Shown: in pieces, positions 42,187-54,700 of the stretch
Position numbering within the stretch: the stretch's first letter is position 1
Layout: each line of letters begins with the position of its first letter
Origin: Trichinella spiralis
Taxonomy: Eukaryota
Assembly (NCBI RefSeq): GCF_000181795.1
Contig: NW_003526945.1
Location: 5,884,129-5,948,128, forward strand
Direction: 5' to 3'
DNA: 64,000 nucleotides
The notes under the pieces: generated by a model
What the model saw: the letters and a program-made list of their open reading frames with translations, nothing else
Told to the model about the DNA's origin: nothing
Database searches by the model: none
Made by a program: the position numbers and the translations under genes

Positions 42187-44692
42187 GCGGCCTTGTTCGT
42201 CGTCACCATCTTCTCATCTATCTATATCTGTTCGTCAATTATTGTATTGTTCAACTTGTCAGGTAAAAATCAATTGATAAATAATTATTGATAAAAAACA
42301 AAACAATACGCTTTGTTTCAGTGAAAACAGAAGAGACAATTTACTATTTTGAATTTTTTTTGCCATTTCCAAACGACGTCTGCCTAGCCGGACTTTACTC
42401 GGGACAATTATTGTTCACCAAATGTCGAGGAGAGCTGAGAAAATTTTTCACTGCGTCCTTCTTCTCGTGGATGAATTATTTTTTATTCAAAAAAAAATTT
42501 TTGATTTGTCGATTTGTTTCCATTTTTACTTGTGTGTATTGTTTTTTAAAATGGACAATACAAAAATGATCATGAACAACAAATAAAAATGAACAAAAGA
42601 AAAAAAAATCAGCGATTGTTGTTTTAATGTTGTAAAAAGTTGAAACGATAAAATGCGAATAAATAAATGAATGAATGATATGCCGTGCGCTGCAGTGGAA
42701 AATTAATCGATTGCGTAATGTTGAAAAAATGATTGACGCGCGAGCGAAATGAATGAATGATTCAACAATTTCACCAGCGCTGTTTCGGCGAGCGTAAATT
42801 ATTCCATAATTTCACATTTCATTTTTATAATTTTCATCATTTCAATTAATTGAGAGAAAGGTGAATTTTTCGTTTCTCTTTTTTACTGAAGAAGAGCAAC
42901 AAATTTTCGAGCAAATATGCAAATTATTCTGATCCAATGGAATGTTTGGAATGTTGTTGTTTTTGTTTTTTTCTAATTTATTGATCTTGTTAGAAAAAAA
43001 GAACATATTCCAAGAAATATATAATAATAAAAACGTGGGAATAATTTTTTCATTCAATTTTATTGTAATGTTGTTTTTTTATTTGCATTTTTTCTATGCT
43101 TCCAGAGTGCGGAAAGGGTGTGGTTCAGAGCAACTGTGCGCGCAGGGTTGTTTAGTACGGCCCGAGGGTTGCCAAAACCGGCCGTTTTGTTTCCCCTCTA
43201 CTGCTCGACTGGCTATTTGTTTGTTTGCAGCTTCCTGTGAAAAGCGGCTTTTGTGCCAGCGAAACTGGCCACAAAATCCATTCATCACCAATATGATTTG
43301 AACATTTTAATCAACTTTATTATTTTTTTTCTTTTAATTCAAAAAATAAAAAAACAAAATATTTTTTTCCTATTATTTTCAATAGGCAACAGTTTTTTGT
43401 TTTACAATCAATATATACATTCAACTTTCGTATTGGTTACTGTAATTTGTTTCAATTCTCCATCTTCGTTTGTTCAACAAATTTTTTACTGTTACTGTTG
43501 TTGTTGTTTTTTAATTATAATAATTATCATCCACCAATTGTAAACAAGACAGCCATAAAGAGAAAGATGTTGTTGAATATGTCGTTGATTTGTTGGCCAA
43601 AAGTGGGGCATTGGTGAATCAGCAACGTTCAAAATACTGTTTTGGCAAACAGTCGCCCAACTGGCATATTTGTACAACAAACGTCGCCTACAAACGAACA
43701 CGTTTTGGTCGTCAATTTTTCCATTACAACTTCGACAAATTTGCTGCTGACGAATCGACGAGAAAAATCAATCCAAAAATATGCAAATAAACAAATTAGT
43801 GGAAAAAAAATTAATAAATTCCTCTTTTTCAAATTAAACAAATTATTGGGACACATTTGAAAACGTTGAACAAAAAGCGAAGCAAAAAAATAATAATAAT
43901 ACGAAAAATCCCATTTCACCACGTCATCGTTTACTTTGTAAATACTGTTTGGAGATTTGAAAATTCACATTCAAAAGTGTATTTGTCAAATAAAAATTCC
44001 CTCAACTACAACCACAACGCTTGTTGCTTGCTTTGTGACGTAGCGCATATTTCTCACTCAAGCTGAATTATTTGCTATTTCACGAGCAGTTGTAGTTATT
44101 CAAAAGAAAAAAATAGATATTTATTTTTCAAATCAAAATTTTACCATAAAAAAATACACATACTATTTAAATTACAATCAGAGAATATTTGCATTGATAA
44201 AAATTCAATATTGGAACAATTTTATCTACGGATATTTTTACCAATTATTTCGCAATCTTTCGCAGGAATCAAACTTGATTATTTTTTACTGTCCAACATA
44301 AAAAAACATTTAAAAAATTGAAAACTTTGAAGTTGCAATAATTGTAATAGATTTAACAAAAATATCTTTATTTTATTACATAAATGAATAAAAGCTAGTT
44401 TATTTTTTATTTTTAAAAAATAAATGACTGTTCAAAAGCAATAAAAAACTGGAAAACTTGTGTGTTTGTGCAACAGTTTATTAGAAACATCATGACTTGA
44501 TTGTTTCAAAAGAAAAAAAATTTTTTTTTTCAATAATTTTACTTAATCAAAAAATATTTTTTTAATTTAAAATTTAAACCGCCAAATCAACCCCATTAAA
44601 CTGTACACTTTTCAACGAACTTGACGTTTGGCGACTGGTAATTGTACTGTACCCTTTTGTAGTTATAAATGTCTTCAGTCGATGCGTGAGCG

Positions 44693-47467
44693 ATGAAGAC
44701 GAGCGCTGAAAAATCTTACAAAGCTGTCATCTTAATTGGAGGACCACAAAAGGGTATGTATTGCATTTATTTTCAATATTGAGTAAAGCGAGTCAACTTT
44801 TACTCCATTTTCATCGAAACCAATCGTATATTATTGAAATGTTGGTAAATTGATTCTGCATTAATTTAAAAAACATATATGCATATGTAACAGTTTTAAT
44901 GTGATTCTTTTTCTCCTCTTTGTGTAGATTGCAAGGAAAAATCTGATTTTTCTTTTCTACCTTTCAAACTTTCGTACAATTTTCTTCTACAAAGAAACTT
45001 TCTGAAAACAGCTGATTTTCAGAATTTCAAAATAAGTTAATAATGCAATTGCTTCAACAGATTTGTAATTTCATTTCACTTGTAATAATAATATTTGCAA
45101 TAATTCGCAATTCGATTATTTGATTGTTGAAACATTATTATTCGCATTTGAAAATGATTAAGGTATGATATATTTTCACGTAATTAAGGTTGTTGTTGAT
45201 TGTACTTTGAAATGTTGATATTTCAAATTGTAAATGTTACAAAATATTTATACCCTTTTAAAATTTTAATAAATTTGACATTTTAAATGAAACTTTCTAT
45301 TTTTTTTCTTCACTTATCATCCAATGTAACATTTCTTTAATAACACTTATTCTTTGATATTTATTGACAATATTTGATCTCTGTATCATTCGTTGAGAAA
45401 GAGCAAAATTGGTGAAACTTTTTTAATGTAGATTTAATCTTTCCGCATGATGAAATTTGTTCTGTCTGAAACATATATTTTTTTTCAAATGTTTATTTGC
45501 AATGTAAATGCAAGCACAATTTGAATACTGATGAATAAGAATGGAAATTTAATATTTTGTTTCTTCTTCTTTTTCTCGGTATTTTTGTTAATGCAATTAA
45601 TTAATTGTATGATGAAGGGACTCGTTTTCGACCTCTTTCATTGGATTGTCCAAAACCATTATTTCCCATTGCTGGAGTGCCATCGGTCCAGCATCACATC
45701 GAAGCTCTGACCAAGGTAAATCATTTTGCATTGTTGCTGCTTGACGAAAAGTTGGATGGAAATTTTCAATTGCAGATTCCCGGACTGAAAGAAATTTTAT
45801 TTATTGGCTTCTATCAGCCGAACGATCACTGGGCAACATTCATAAGCGATATTCAAGGACAATACAGTACCGTTAATATTCGGTATCTCGTTTGTCGTTG
45901 TTTTCATTTTATTTATCACGTTTATTGGGAATGTGATTTTTTTCAAAGATATTTGCAAGAATTTGCTCCACTTGGTACTGCTGGTGGTATTTATCATTTT
46001 CGAGATCAAATTTTGCTCGGCGGTACTGATGCTTGTTTCGTATTGAACGCCGACGTATGTGGAGATTTGCCTCTGATGGAAATGGTCGACCAGTTGAACA
46101 CCCTCATAGACCAACACAGTGCTACAGAAAACATTCTTCTCATGCTAACTACAGAAGTAAGCATTTGTTCGAGATTCATAAACGTTGCGTATGAACATGT
46201 TCATATTTTTATGAATAGGCTGCTCGTGAACAGTCGATGAATTTTGGTTGCGCAGCAATTAATGATTCATCTGAAGTAAGCATATTATTATTGAATAAAT
46301 GAAAAAGATAAGAGAACATTTTCAGATAATACACTACGTTGAAAAACCGACCACATTTTTGAGTAAATGGATCAATTGTGGCGTTTATTTGATGCAGATG
46401 GGCATTATAGATACGCTTGCCGATGTGTTCAAAAATAAAACTTTGCTATCCAATTCCAACAAGTACGTACAATGACAATTCATGTCTTGTTTGTCCATTT
46501 TTTAATTATGTGAAAAAATTATTTTAAAATTTTATTCCAGTGGTTTCACATCCGAAGCGTTGGAAGCGATGAATTTTGAAAAAGATGTTTTTCCAAAAAT
46601 CGCCGGCCACAGTATGCTGTTCGCGTTGAAAACCACTCGCTGGTGGAGTCAGCTGAAAACCGCGTCGTAGGCATTGTTCGATATTTTTCAATTTTCTCTT
46701 CTCCATTCATCAATTTTATCAGTGATTTTAAATTTTCAGAGCCGCCATTTATGCAAATCGTCATTATTTGAATTTATATCACACCATTCACCCGGAACGT
46801 CTGACACGCAACGGCGAACCGACTATCATTGGCGACGTTTACGTTCATCCGTCGGTTGAAATTCATCCTAGCTGTGTTGTATGCAATTTGATATAACTGC
46901 CATTTTTTCCATTCGCCCACTCTTTTCTTACACGATTATGCAAATCAATTTTCTTTTATCAGATTGGACCCAATGTAAGTATTGGGAAAAATGTCAAAAT
47001 TGGTATTGGAGTTCGAATCAAAGAATCCATCATCTTGGACGGTGCAACGTTGCAAGTAAGTTTTATCAATTTGTTTATAATTAAGAAAAAGTAGTTTAAA
47101 TAAATTAAATTTAAGGATCATTGTTGCGTGATGTTCAGCGTGGTCGGTTGGAATACGCATGTTGGTCTGTGGTGCAGAATTGAAGGTACAGCCGAAGGTC
47201 CCAATCCGAATATGCCGTTCGCGAAATTAGAATGCAAACCTTTGTTTCTACCGAACGGTCGTCTCAATCCTAGCATTTCTGTTATTGGTAAGGAAAATTT
47301 GAAATAATTCATCAATGTAACAACCAAATTTAAGCGTTTTTCACATCTATCTGTCCATCTATTCAGGTTGCAACGTTAGCATTTCTGACGAGACAATGAT
47401 AATGAATTCGATCGTTCTACCACACAAAGAGTTGGCTTCGAATTACAAAAATCAAATTATTTTATAA
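44693..47467 (+). CDS. GMPPA: Mannose-1-phosphate guanylyltransferase alpha (regulatory subunit of GDP-mannose pyrophosphorylase), about 11 exons; first exon 44693-44753, second begins at 45618
   Basis: [72 protein letters not shown]; hexapeptide repeats [25 protein letters not shown]-terminus NQIIL*. The GGPQKG loop and C-terminus are alpha-subunit signatures. Confidence 0.95.
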
Positions 47468-47888
47468 TTTTAATTTTCTCCTCATTCTACAAACAAATTC
47501 AGTGATTTGTTTTTCATATACAATTGTTGTTGACTTTGGTTTGGAATAATATAATTCAATACAATTTTACACAGTTTCCTCTTCATTACTTCTACACTTT
47601 ATATTGGTACAGTGGTGACTGGTGTTGTTTGCCTATTTTAACAGGTGTTGTCGTTGATTCAGAGGAAAATTAGATGTTGCTTTTTAATTAAAACCATCGC
47701 TTGGGCAGCTTGAAGCGTGTGTGCTGGGCTCCAATAACAAACAGCAACTTCACCGACCCTGCTGCAGGCAAAAAAAATAAATACACTCGGGCCAAATTTT
47801 CCCACAATTCAATCGTAAATTGCACTCATTTATCAGTGTAATTTTAAAGCTTCCAAAAAACCCGATGAAAAAGACTGCATTTGGTTTT

Positions 47889-48741
47889 TCAAATTTCATT
47901 CGAATCTGACAAGATGTAATCTTGGATAAAGCTTGGTAAAGGCCATTGGCGGATAATTTCCGGAGATACGGAATTTCGCAGTTTCCATTTGCACAATGTC
48001 TGCAAGCTGGGCACGGCATTGCTTCGAGTGACCGGATACGCGAAACTGACAAACTCTGTGTGATAATGGCCTGCCTTTGGGTATAAAAATATATTATAAA
48101 CACCGCGTCGTATTTCTTCTTTGGCCATGTCAATTAAACTGACCAATGAAGGTGCGCAAAGGCGACCAATACCAACACGAGCATGGTTTCGAACACCGAA
48201 ACTAAACGTACCTGAAAATCAAAAGTGAACAATTTTAAAAGAAAATCAAAATTAAAACACAATTCAAACCATGCTGGTATTCAATGCGAATGTGATAGAC
48301 TGAATTCTCTCCACGGTAGCTCAGTGAAAAGATGTGCGAATCGTTCTCTGAATCACGAATCAAATACGAACCAATACGTTTGTATCGAAGAATCTTCTCT
48401 GCGGCAGATTTGCTCAAGTCACTCCAATACCATTCACACTAAACAGAAGAAAAGATTCATTTTTAAAAATTTCACTACAAATTATCATGCTAACGATAAT
48501 GAAATTATATTTATTTGTAAAATATTTCAAAAATTTACATTTAAAATCATCAACTGTACAATAACTTACAAGATGCATATGTTTCATTAACTTAATTATG
48601 GCATATATTTTTTTAAGAAAAAAACATTACTAATCGCAATTCAGCCAATGCAGAACTGAACGTTGCTGGTCCGAGGAAACCTTCACGAGTGGACGAATAT
48701 TCACCATGATCACGAAAGTTTCTGGCGAAATCATCGCCCAT
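47889..48741 (-). CDS. Suppressor of cytokine signalling, SOCS6/7-like (SH2 + SOCS box); exons 48741-48631, 48438-48270, 48211-47889
   Basis: SH2 CEWYWSDLSKSAAEKILRYKRIGSYLIRDSENDSHIFSLSYRGENSVYHIRIEYQHGTFSF, then SOCS box VPSLQTLCKWKLRNSVSPEIIRQWPLPSFIQDYI. Phases join. Confidence 0.88.
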
Positions 48742-51700
48742 TAAAGCTTATTACTAAAAATAAAACAATTCGTGTAATAATAACAATAAAAGCAAACGTA
48801 AAACTCAAGTAGAATGAAAGTTTAATTTCTTAATTTAAAATGAATTTTCAATATTATTAATTAAAATATTACACAATAATTCTATTAAAATTTTCCAATT
48901 CCTATAACAGAATCAAAAATGTCGAAATGGACTTTCACCAATTCTGTTCTACCTAAAATTCAAAAATCGTTGAACTGCAATCAAAATCGTTCTATGCACT
49001 TTATTTAATTTTACTTTTCTATTCAACAAAATCATTTTACTCAACTATGAAATTAACATAATCAAAATTTACAATGAACAATTTCTTTTTGAATAATAAC
49101 AACAAAAGTGTACAATTATATTACAAATTAATAGTACCATGAAATAAGTGAAGATGATGAATTTGGTGTGGCATTAATAAAATTGACGTTAAAATTATGA
49201 CAGAAAGTGCAGATTATTAAAGCACTGAAAAATAGTAAAGAAACTTTACAAATAAGTGAAAAATAACCACTCACTTATATAATACAATAACAAAGAAGTA
49301 ACATATGCGAATCAAGATGTATTAATGTAGTAGGTTGAAACGATTTTCAAGTTTTAGACTTAAATTACTGTAGACTTGGTCAAAAATACTGATAAATAAA
49401 AGCTGTTTCATTTAAAAATTGAATAAATTAAATTGACCGAATAACTTTACATTATATTTTATTTTAAAATAAAGACTATATTTTAATTATGATTAAATTT
49501 TTTTTAAATTTACATAAAATTGTAAATTTGTTCTTAGCATTAATTTTAATATTGTGTTTAATCATTTATTTAAGCTTTATTTTTCCACTTATTTGAGCAG
49601 TATTTATTAAAATTTTATGATAAATATAATGAAAAAATAAATAATAAATAAAATCAAATATTAATTTAAAGTTAATTGAATTAAATTAAGTTGAATTTCA
49701 TCTGTTAGGTGTAATTTTTTCCGTTTTAGTTTTCTTCAATCTCAATTAGCATTTTATTTGACGTTCGCGTAAAAGTGTAGAACAAACAATTGTAGCAATT
49801 TTTAAACGATTCAAATAAATGCCATTTATAGGTCACAATCGATAAAGAGCAGGGAAATAATTGGTCAAGTTTCGATTTAAGCAGCAGGCAAAAATATTAA
49901 TTCAGCATGTGCTGATGAATAATGAACAAGTGAATTTTCCGATAAGTTGGTGGAAAGATTTTTTATATATAATTGTTATAATAATTTCTGTTCAAATTTT
50001 CCCAGCGTGTTTTATTTTTATTTTTAAATATTATCTTATTAATCTCAACAAATGAACAACAAGTATTTTGTAATGGTAATTTTGCGACAATTTCACTGAC
50101 GACGATCTGCAGACAAGATATTTATTTATTTTTGAATTTAATACTCGAGAAAAGTACATCAGAAGAAATAGAATCGATGAAAGGCAATTTATTATTTGAA
50201 AAGAGAGACGACAGTCATGTATTTTTAAATCTGGACCGCTTTCGGTTATTCAGATTTGCTTTTAGGCCGAATGAAAGGATAAGAGATTAAACGATATTAC
50301 GGAATAGGTGAAGCTTCATTGTTGTCCAAGTGAACGGCTTCTTTGTGCTTCTTGTTTTAACAGACCGGTCGATCGATTCCAACGCAGCTGGTAGTGCGTA
50401 ATAAGTGGGCGTATAGAATTAAGAAAACCATCGCAAAATAAGTCTCTCTCTTTGCAAATAATTCATACAATCTACTGTTGACGTGAGAAGATGGTCTTGG
50501 GGACAGATTTTCCAATTTCAAATCAAATAATCCACAACATTAATGACTGACCATCAACACCACTATCAATTGCACCAACCATAAAGCACAACAAACTGTA
50601 TATATCCATATATCTATCTGTATGCACGTTCCAATCCAACTGGCAAGTATTGATTTAGATTTTATAAGATGCGCACAAAAAGCCCAGCTTCTTCTGGCCG
50701 TCATTTAACAATACTTGGAACCATTTTCAGTTTGGAAATAAATTTGCCATTCTATTTATCCGAAAGAATTATTCGATTCTTCAACTTGTTTATTTTATCA
50801 GTTTGTACAATTTTCAAATCTATTTCCATCAACAAACACACACCTGCGTGTAAATCAGTTTGAGCATCGTAAAAAACAAATTTTTTTTCATATATGATAA
50901 TTTTATTTTCAAAAAAAAAGTAGGTTGAATTTTTGTATCGGAATTCAATTTTACCGTAAAACAATTTTGTTTTTGAAAAACCGGTTTTTACGTAAAGTGA
51001 AGTGGAATTTGTTTTTCTTTTCTGTGTTGTGAAAAACATCAGGCGAAATGAAGTCGTGGCAAAAATCTTTAATCCGATTTTATAAGCAGTGCTTTTGTAA
51101 TAATAATAATAATTATTATTATTATAATAATTATTTTTACGCAGTAATTGATGAACAGATATGAATGATGTTGTTAATCAAGAAAATTGCACTGGAAAAA
51201 TTTTCTTCAGCTCATCAATTGAGAACAAACGTTGACAGAGGCTTTGTGTGTTTTTTTTGTAGCCTTTTGTGATTTTTGTAAAAAAAGCCACAACTGAACA
51301 AGAATAATTTTTTTTTGTTTTTACAAAACATCTGCTCACAACGAACAGTAAAAAAGGTCAAAGGTCGACCAGGCTTGACCCTCGAATTGAAGCTTTCAAA
51401 AAGTGAAACTCTGAAAAAAAACATTCGCATGTTAAGTGATTATACGCATGCGTGAGATTTGCGGTCGGTTGGGGGATCGTGACTTCGTTGTCAACGGTCG
51501 GTCGGTCAAGGGTCCGAATCGGAAATTGTCCATCGAGGGGCGCTTGGTGCAGTCCACTCGAGCTTCCAGTGGACAGGTGTCCAGGTTACGGTCGTCGAGC
51601 TTCACCACTGGCACCACAGTCCCCCCAACGTCGGACAGCTGCGGTCAGCGGGATGTGTCACTTGTGGAATAAATGCCACGCGCATCTTTCCACTCCTGCC

Positions 51701-54700
51701 GGTCGAGAACAATCGAATCGAATTTGGGCGCCCTTGTGAGACGACAAACTCCCTTTTCCCATTCGACAATTCGCTCACCAACTATACGCAACATCATCGA
51801 CGATATTCAACAAGCCGAGCGTAGAGCGAGCGAATTAAAAATTAATCAAACCCAGAATGGGGAATAATTGTTTAGGCCGTGATTTGGTGGACAATTTTTC
51901 GCGCCAGTTGTTCAAAAAATGTCACTGTGACCTAGTTTTTGAGAATCTTTCAAAAATCGCCCGTTGACAAGCAATTGGAATCGTCAGAAATTTCCACACA
52001 CACACACAAATTGTCAACAACTGCTTTGCAATTGTCGATTCATATCTTTTCAAATATTGACTTTTAGAGAAAGAGATAGGCAGGGGGGGTGGGAAATATG
52101 CATATGCAAATTTTCAACGTAACCATTGGTTGAATCGTTCTAGTTGATTTGATTCGATTTGAATTGAAATATAGTCGAATGTAGAATTTATTATTCGACC
52201 AAGTGAATACATGAGCCGCTTTTCAATTATTCAGCCGTTTCGACAAAGGCAATCGGTTGGTTGTAGAAATTCTCCAACGCCAGCAACGTATACTGTGCAT
52301 GGTCTTTTGTTTCTCGGTTTAATGATGGTCGAAACAAAAGCACACGCATAGGGCCGCACAGATGGCTCGGACATGCATGTTTGGAACGGTGCGTGTCGTT
52401 TCCTTGTCACTAATGAGCTGCGATCAATTTTTATTTTTCTTTTCAACATCAAAAGTCCATTTCCCTAGTGGTATCATCGAATATTAAAAATTCAATAGCA
52501 AATTATATTTTCTTTAATAAATAAATATATACGTATTTATTCTTTTTTCACTTCAAATAAAAAGTTTCCAAATTTAACACCTAATTATTAGTTTTAGAAA
52601 ACTGTAAATTTTGTTGTTGTTTGATACTGTATGTTTGAGAAGAATTGCATTGTTGTAACAACAAGAAAGTATTGTTTTAAATTAAACAAACATTAAAAAA
52701 AATTGAATTATGACAAATCAAAAACAAAAGTTTGAAAAAGGTAGAACGAAACAAAAAAAATGAAAGCAAACAAAAATTTGAAGGTCAATAGATTTCCGCA
52801 TTATTTCCACGTAAGCTGTGCAAATTTGTACAAATGTTTTCAAGTGTGAGTTTTGCTTTATAACAGATGTTGTGGAAAAAGCTGGCCAAATTTAAATATC
52901 GAAAAGTGGAAAACGAACAACATCAACAAAAATAACAAAATACAGTAGTGATGACAAGTGAGTGGATTTTGAAATTGTGCACCTGAAATTGGATGACTAT
53001 GGCGAACGGCAGCTGCGGTTGGATTGCTTTGTGCAAATTGGTCGAATGGGCAAATGAGATGAAGAAGCACATTAGCTCAGCTGACGCTTTGTTTGATTTG
53101 CCGACACTGTACGACCTTGGACAGTTACAAAAGCGGCCCGGTATACAAGCAATACAGGGCCATGCAGGCATTATTGCTTCGTATTATTTGCGCATGTGGA
53201 GAGTGTAATTGGCATTGGCTTGGCTAACAGAACAATCAAATGATGGGATCAAGCTGATGACAAGCAGTAGAGGTGAGATGAAATAAAAAAAATATGAATA
53301 AGAACAAGGGGACGAAAAAAATTCCACTCAGACAGGTGCAAAAGAAGATCGAGGTCGTCTTTTTTTCTTGTTGGATATTTTATGTATTTTTAATCTCACT
53401 AGAAGCCAGCTTAATTGAACAATAAATGACGTATGAAAACCAAATTGCCAAGCTTAATCTACAAAAAATAAGTTGTGAAAAAAGTTCAAGTGGATTGATG
53501 CATATCTATCTATATATTTATATATATATACTTTTTTTTCTTTAATTTTTATCCCCTGCAGTGTTGCAGGAAAAATAAGCATAAAGGTCGACCGAGTATT
53601 GCGCTTTTGCCATTGTTTGAACGTGTTCAATTTTCGCTCTCTTTCCCCCCTCCCGTTTTTATTTCCATCTCCTTTTTGCTACTTTATATCCATACATGCA
53701 TGCATTTATACGCGCTGCTTATTCGATTTTTCTTTTTCTATTCACTCACTGACCGATAAATCAAGTTGCTTTTGCAAAGTATCTTCAATTTAAAATTGTA
53801 AACAAGCATAAATTAAAAAAAAATAATAATAAATTCAAATTTTCCGTGAGAACGAGCTTAGATGTTTGTTATTCATGTTGTGAAGAGTTGCAACTGTTTC
53901 AAGTGAGAGAATATTATTTTTAAAAAATTGAAATTGCTCACTTCTTTCCCACGAGCGTTTTTCTATTCGTGTTTCTTTGATTAGCTTTGGTTGGTTTGGA
54001 AAAAAATTTATTTTTCTCTTCCCTTGATCTTTCCCCTACTTTCACGAATTGCATCTTTTATTCTTCTTTTCAAATTTCAGCCCACTTTTGTCCCACTGTT
54101 TCGCTGTTGGAGTGAAAATGTTCAACCGTATATATATATGTCTTTATGAAAACATTTCAAATTATTTAATATGGATATTTTTATTCATCAATTAATTGCA
54201 TGGAAAAACAACATTTTTCAAATTTTACGACCAATTTTTGCAAAATACAACTGATATCCAGCCTGGATAGAAATGAACATCATCGACAAGTGAAGGTACA
54301 CACACAGTTGTAGTCTACTCTTTTTTTTGACTTCCCTTTCAGCTTGCCGACATTTTTTTGAATTTCTTTGTGTTGTTGTTTTTTTCACTTTTCCCATTCA
54401 AGCTTATTTGTTCATTTCGATGTTTGCTATTTTCTTTTCTTTTTTTTATTTGCAACTAGGCTACATCAGTATTACTTGTTTTTTTTTTGATTTCTTTCAA
54501 AAAATCTTCATCAAATAATAAATTTCTTGTTCGGTCGTCATTGAAAGGGGAAAAACATCCGAGCAATTATTATAACTGACCATTTTTCGCCCGTTCGATG
54601 CTAATGCAAACACAGAAAGATTGCAATGATGATGATGATGATGATGAGGTTGAAAAAGAAGAAGGTGACGGACGGGTTATTTCGATTCAACAACGGCCTC

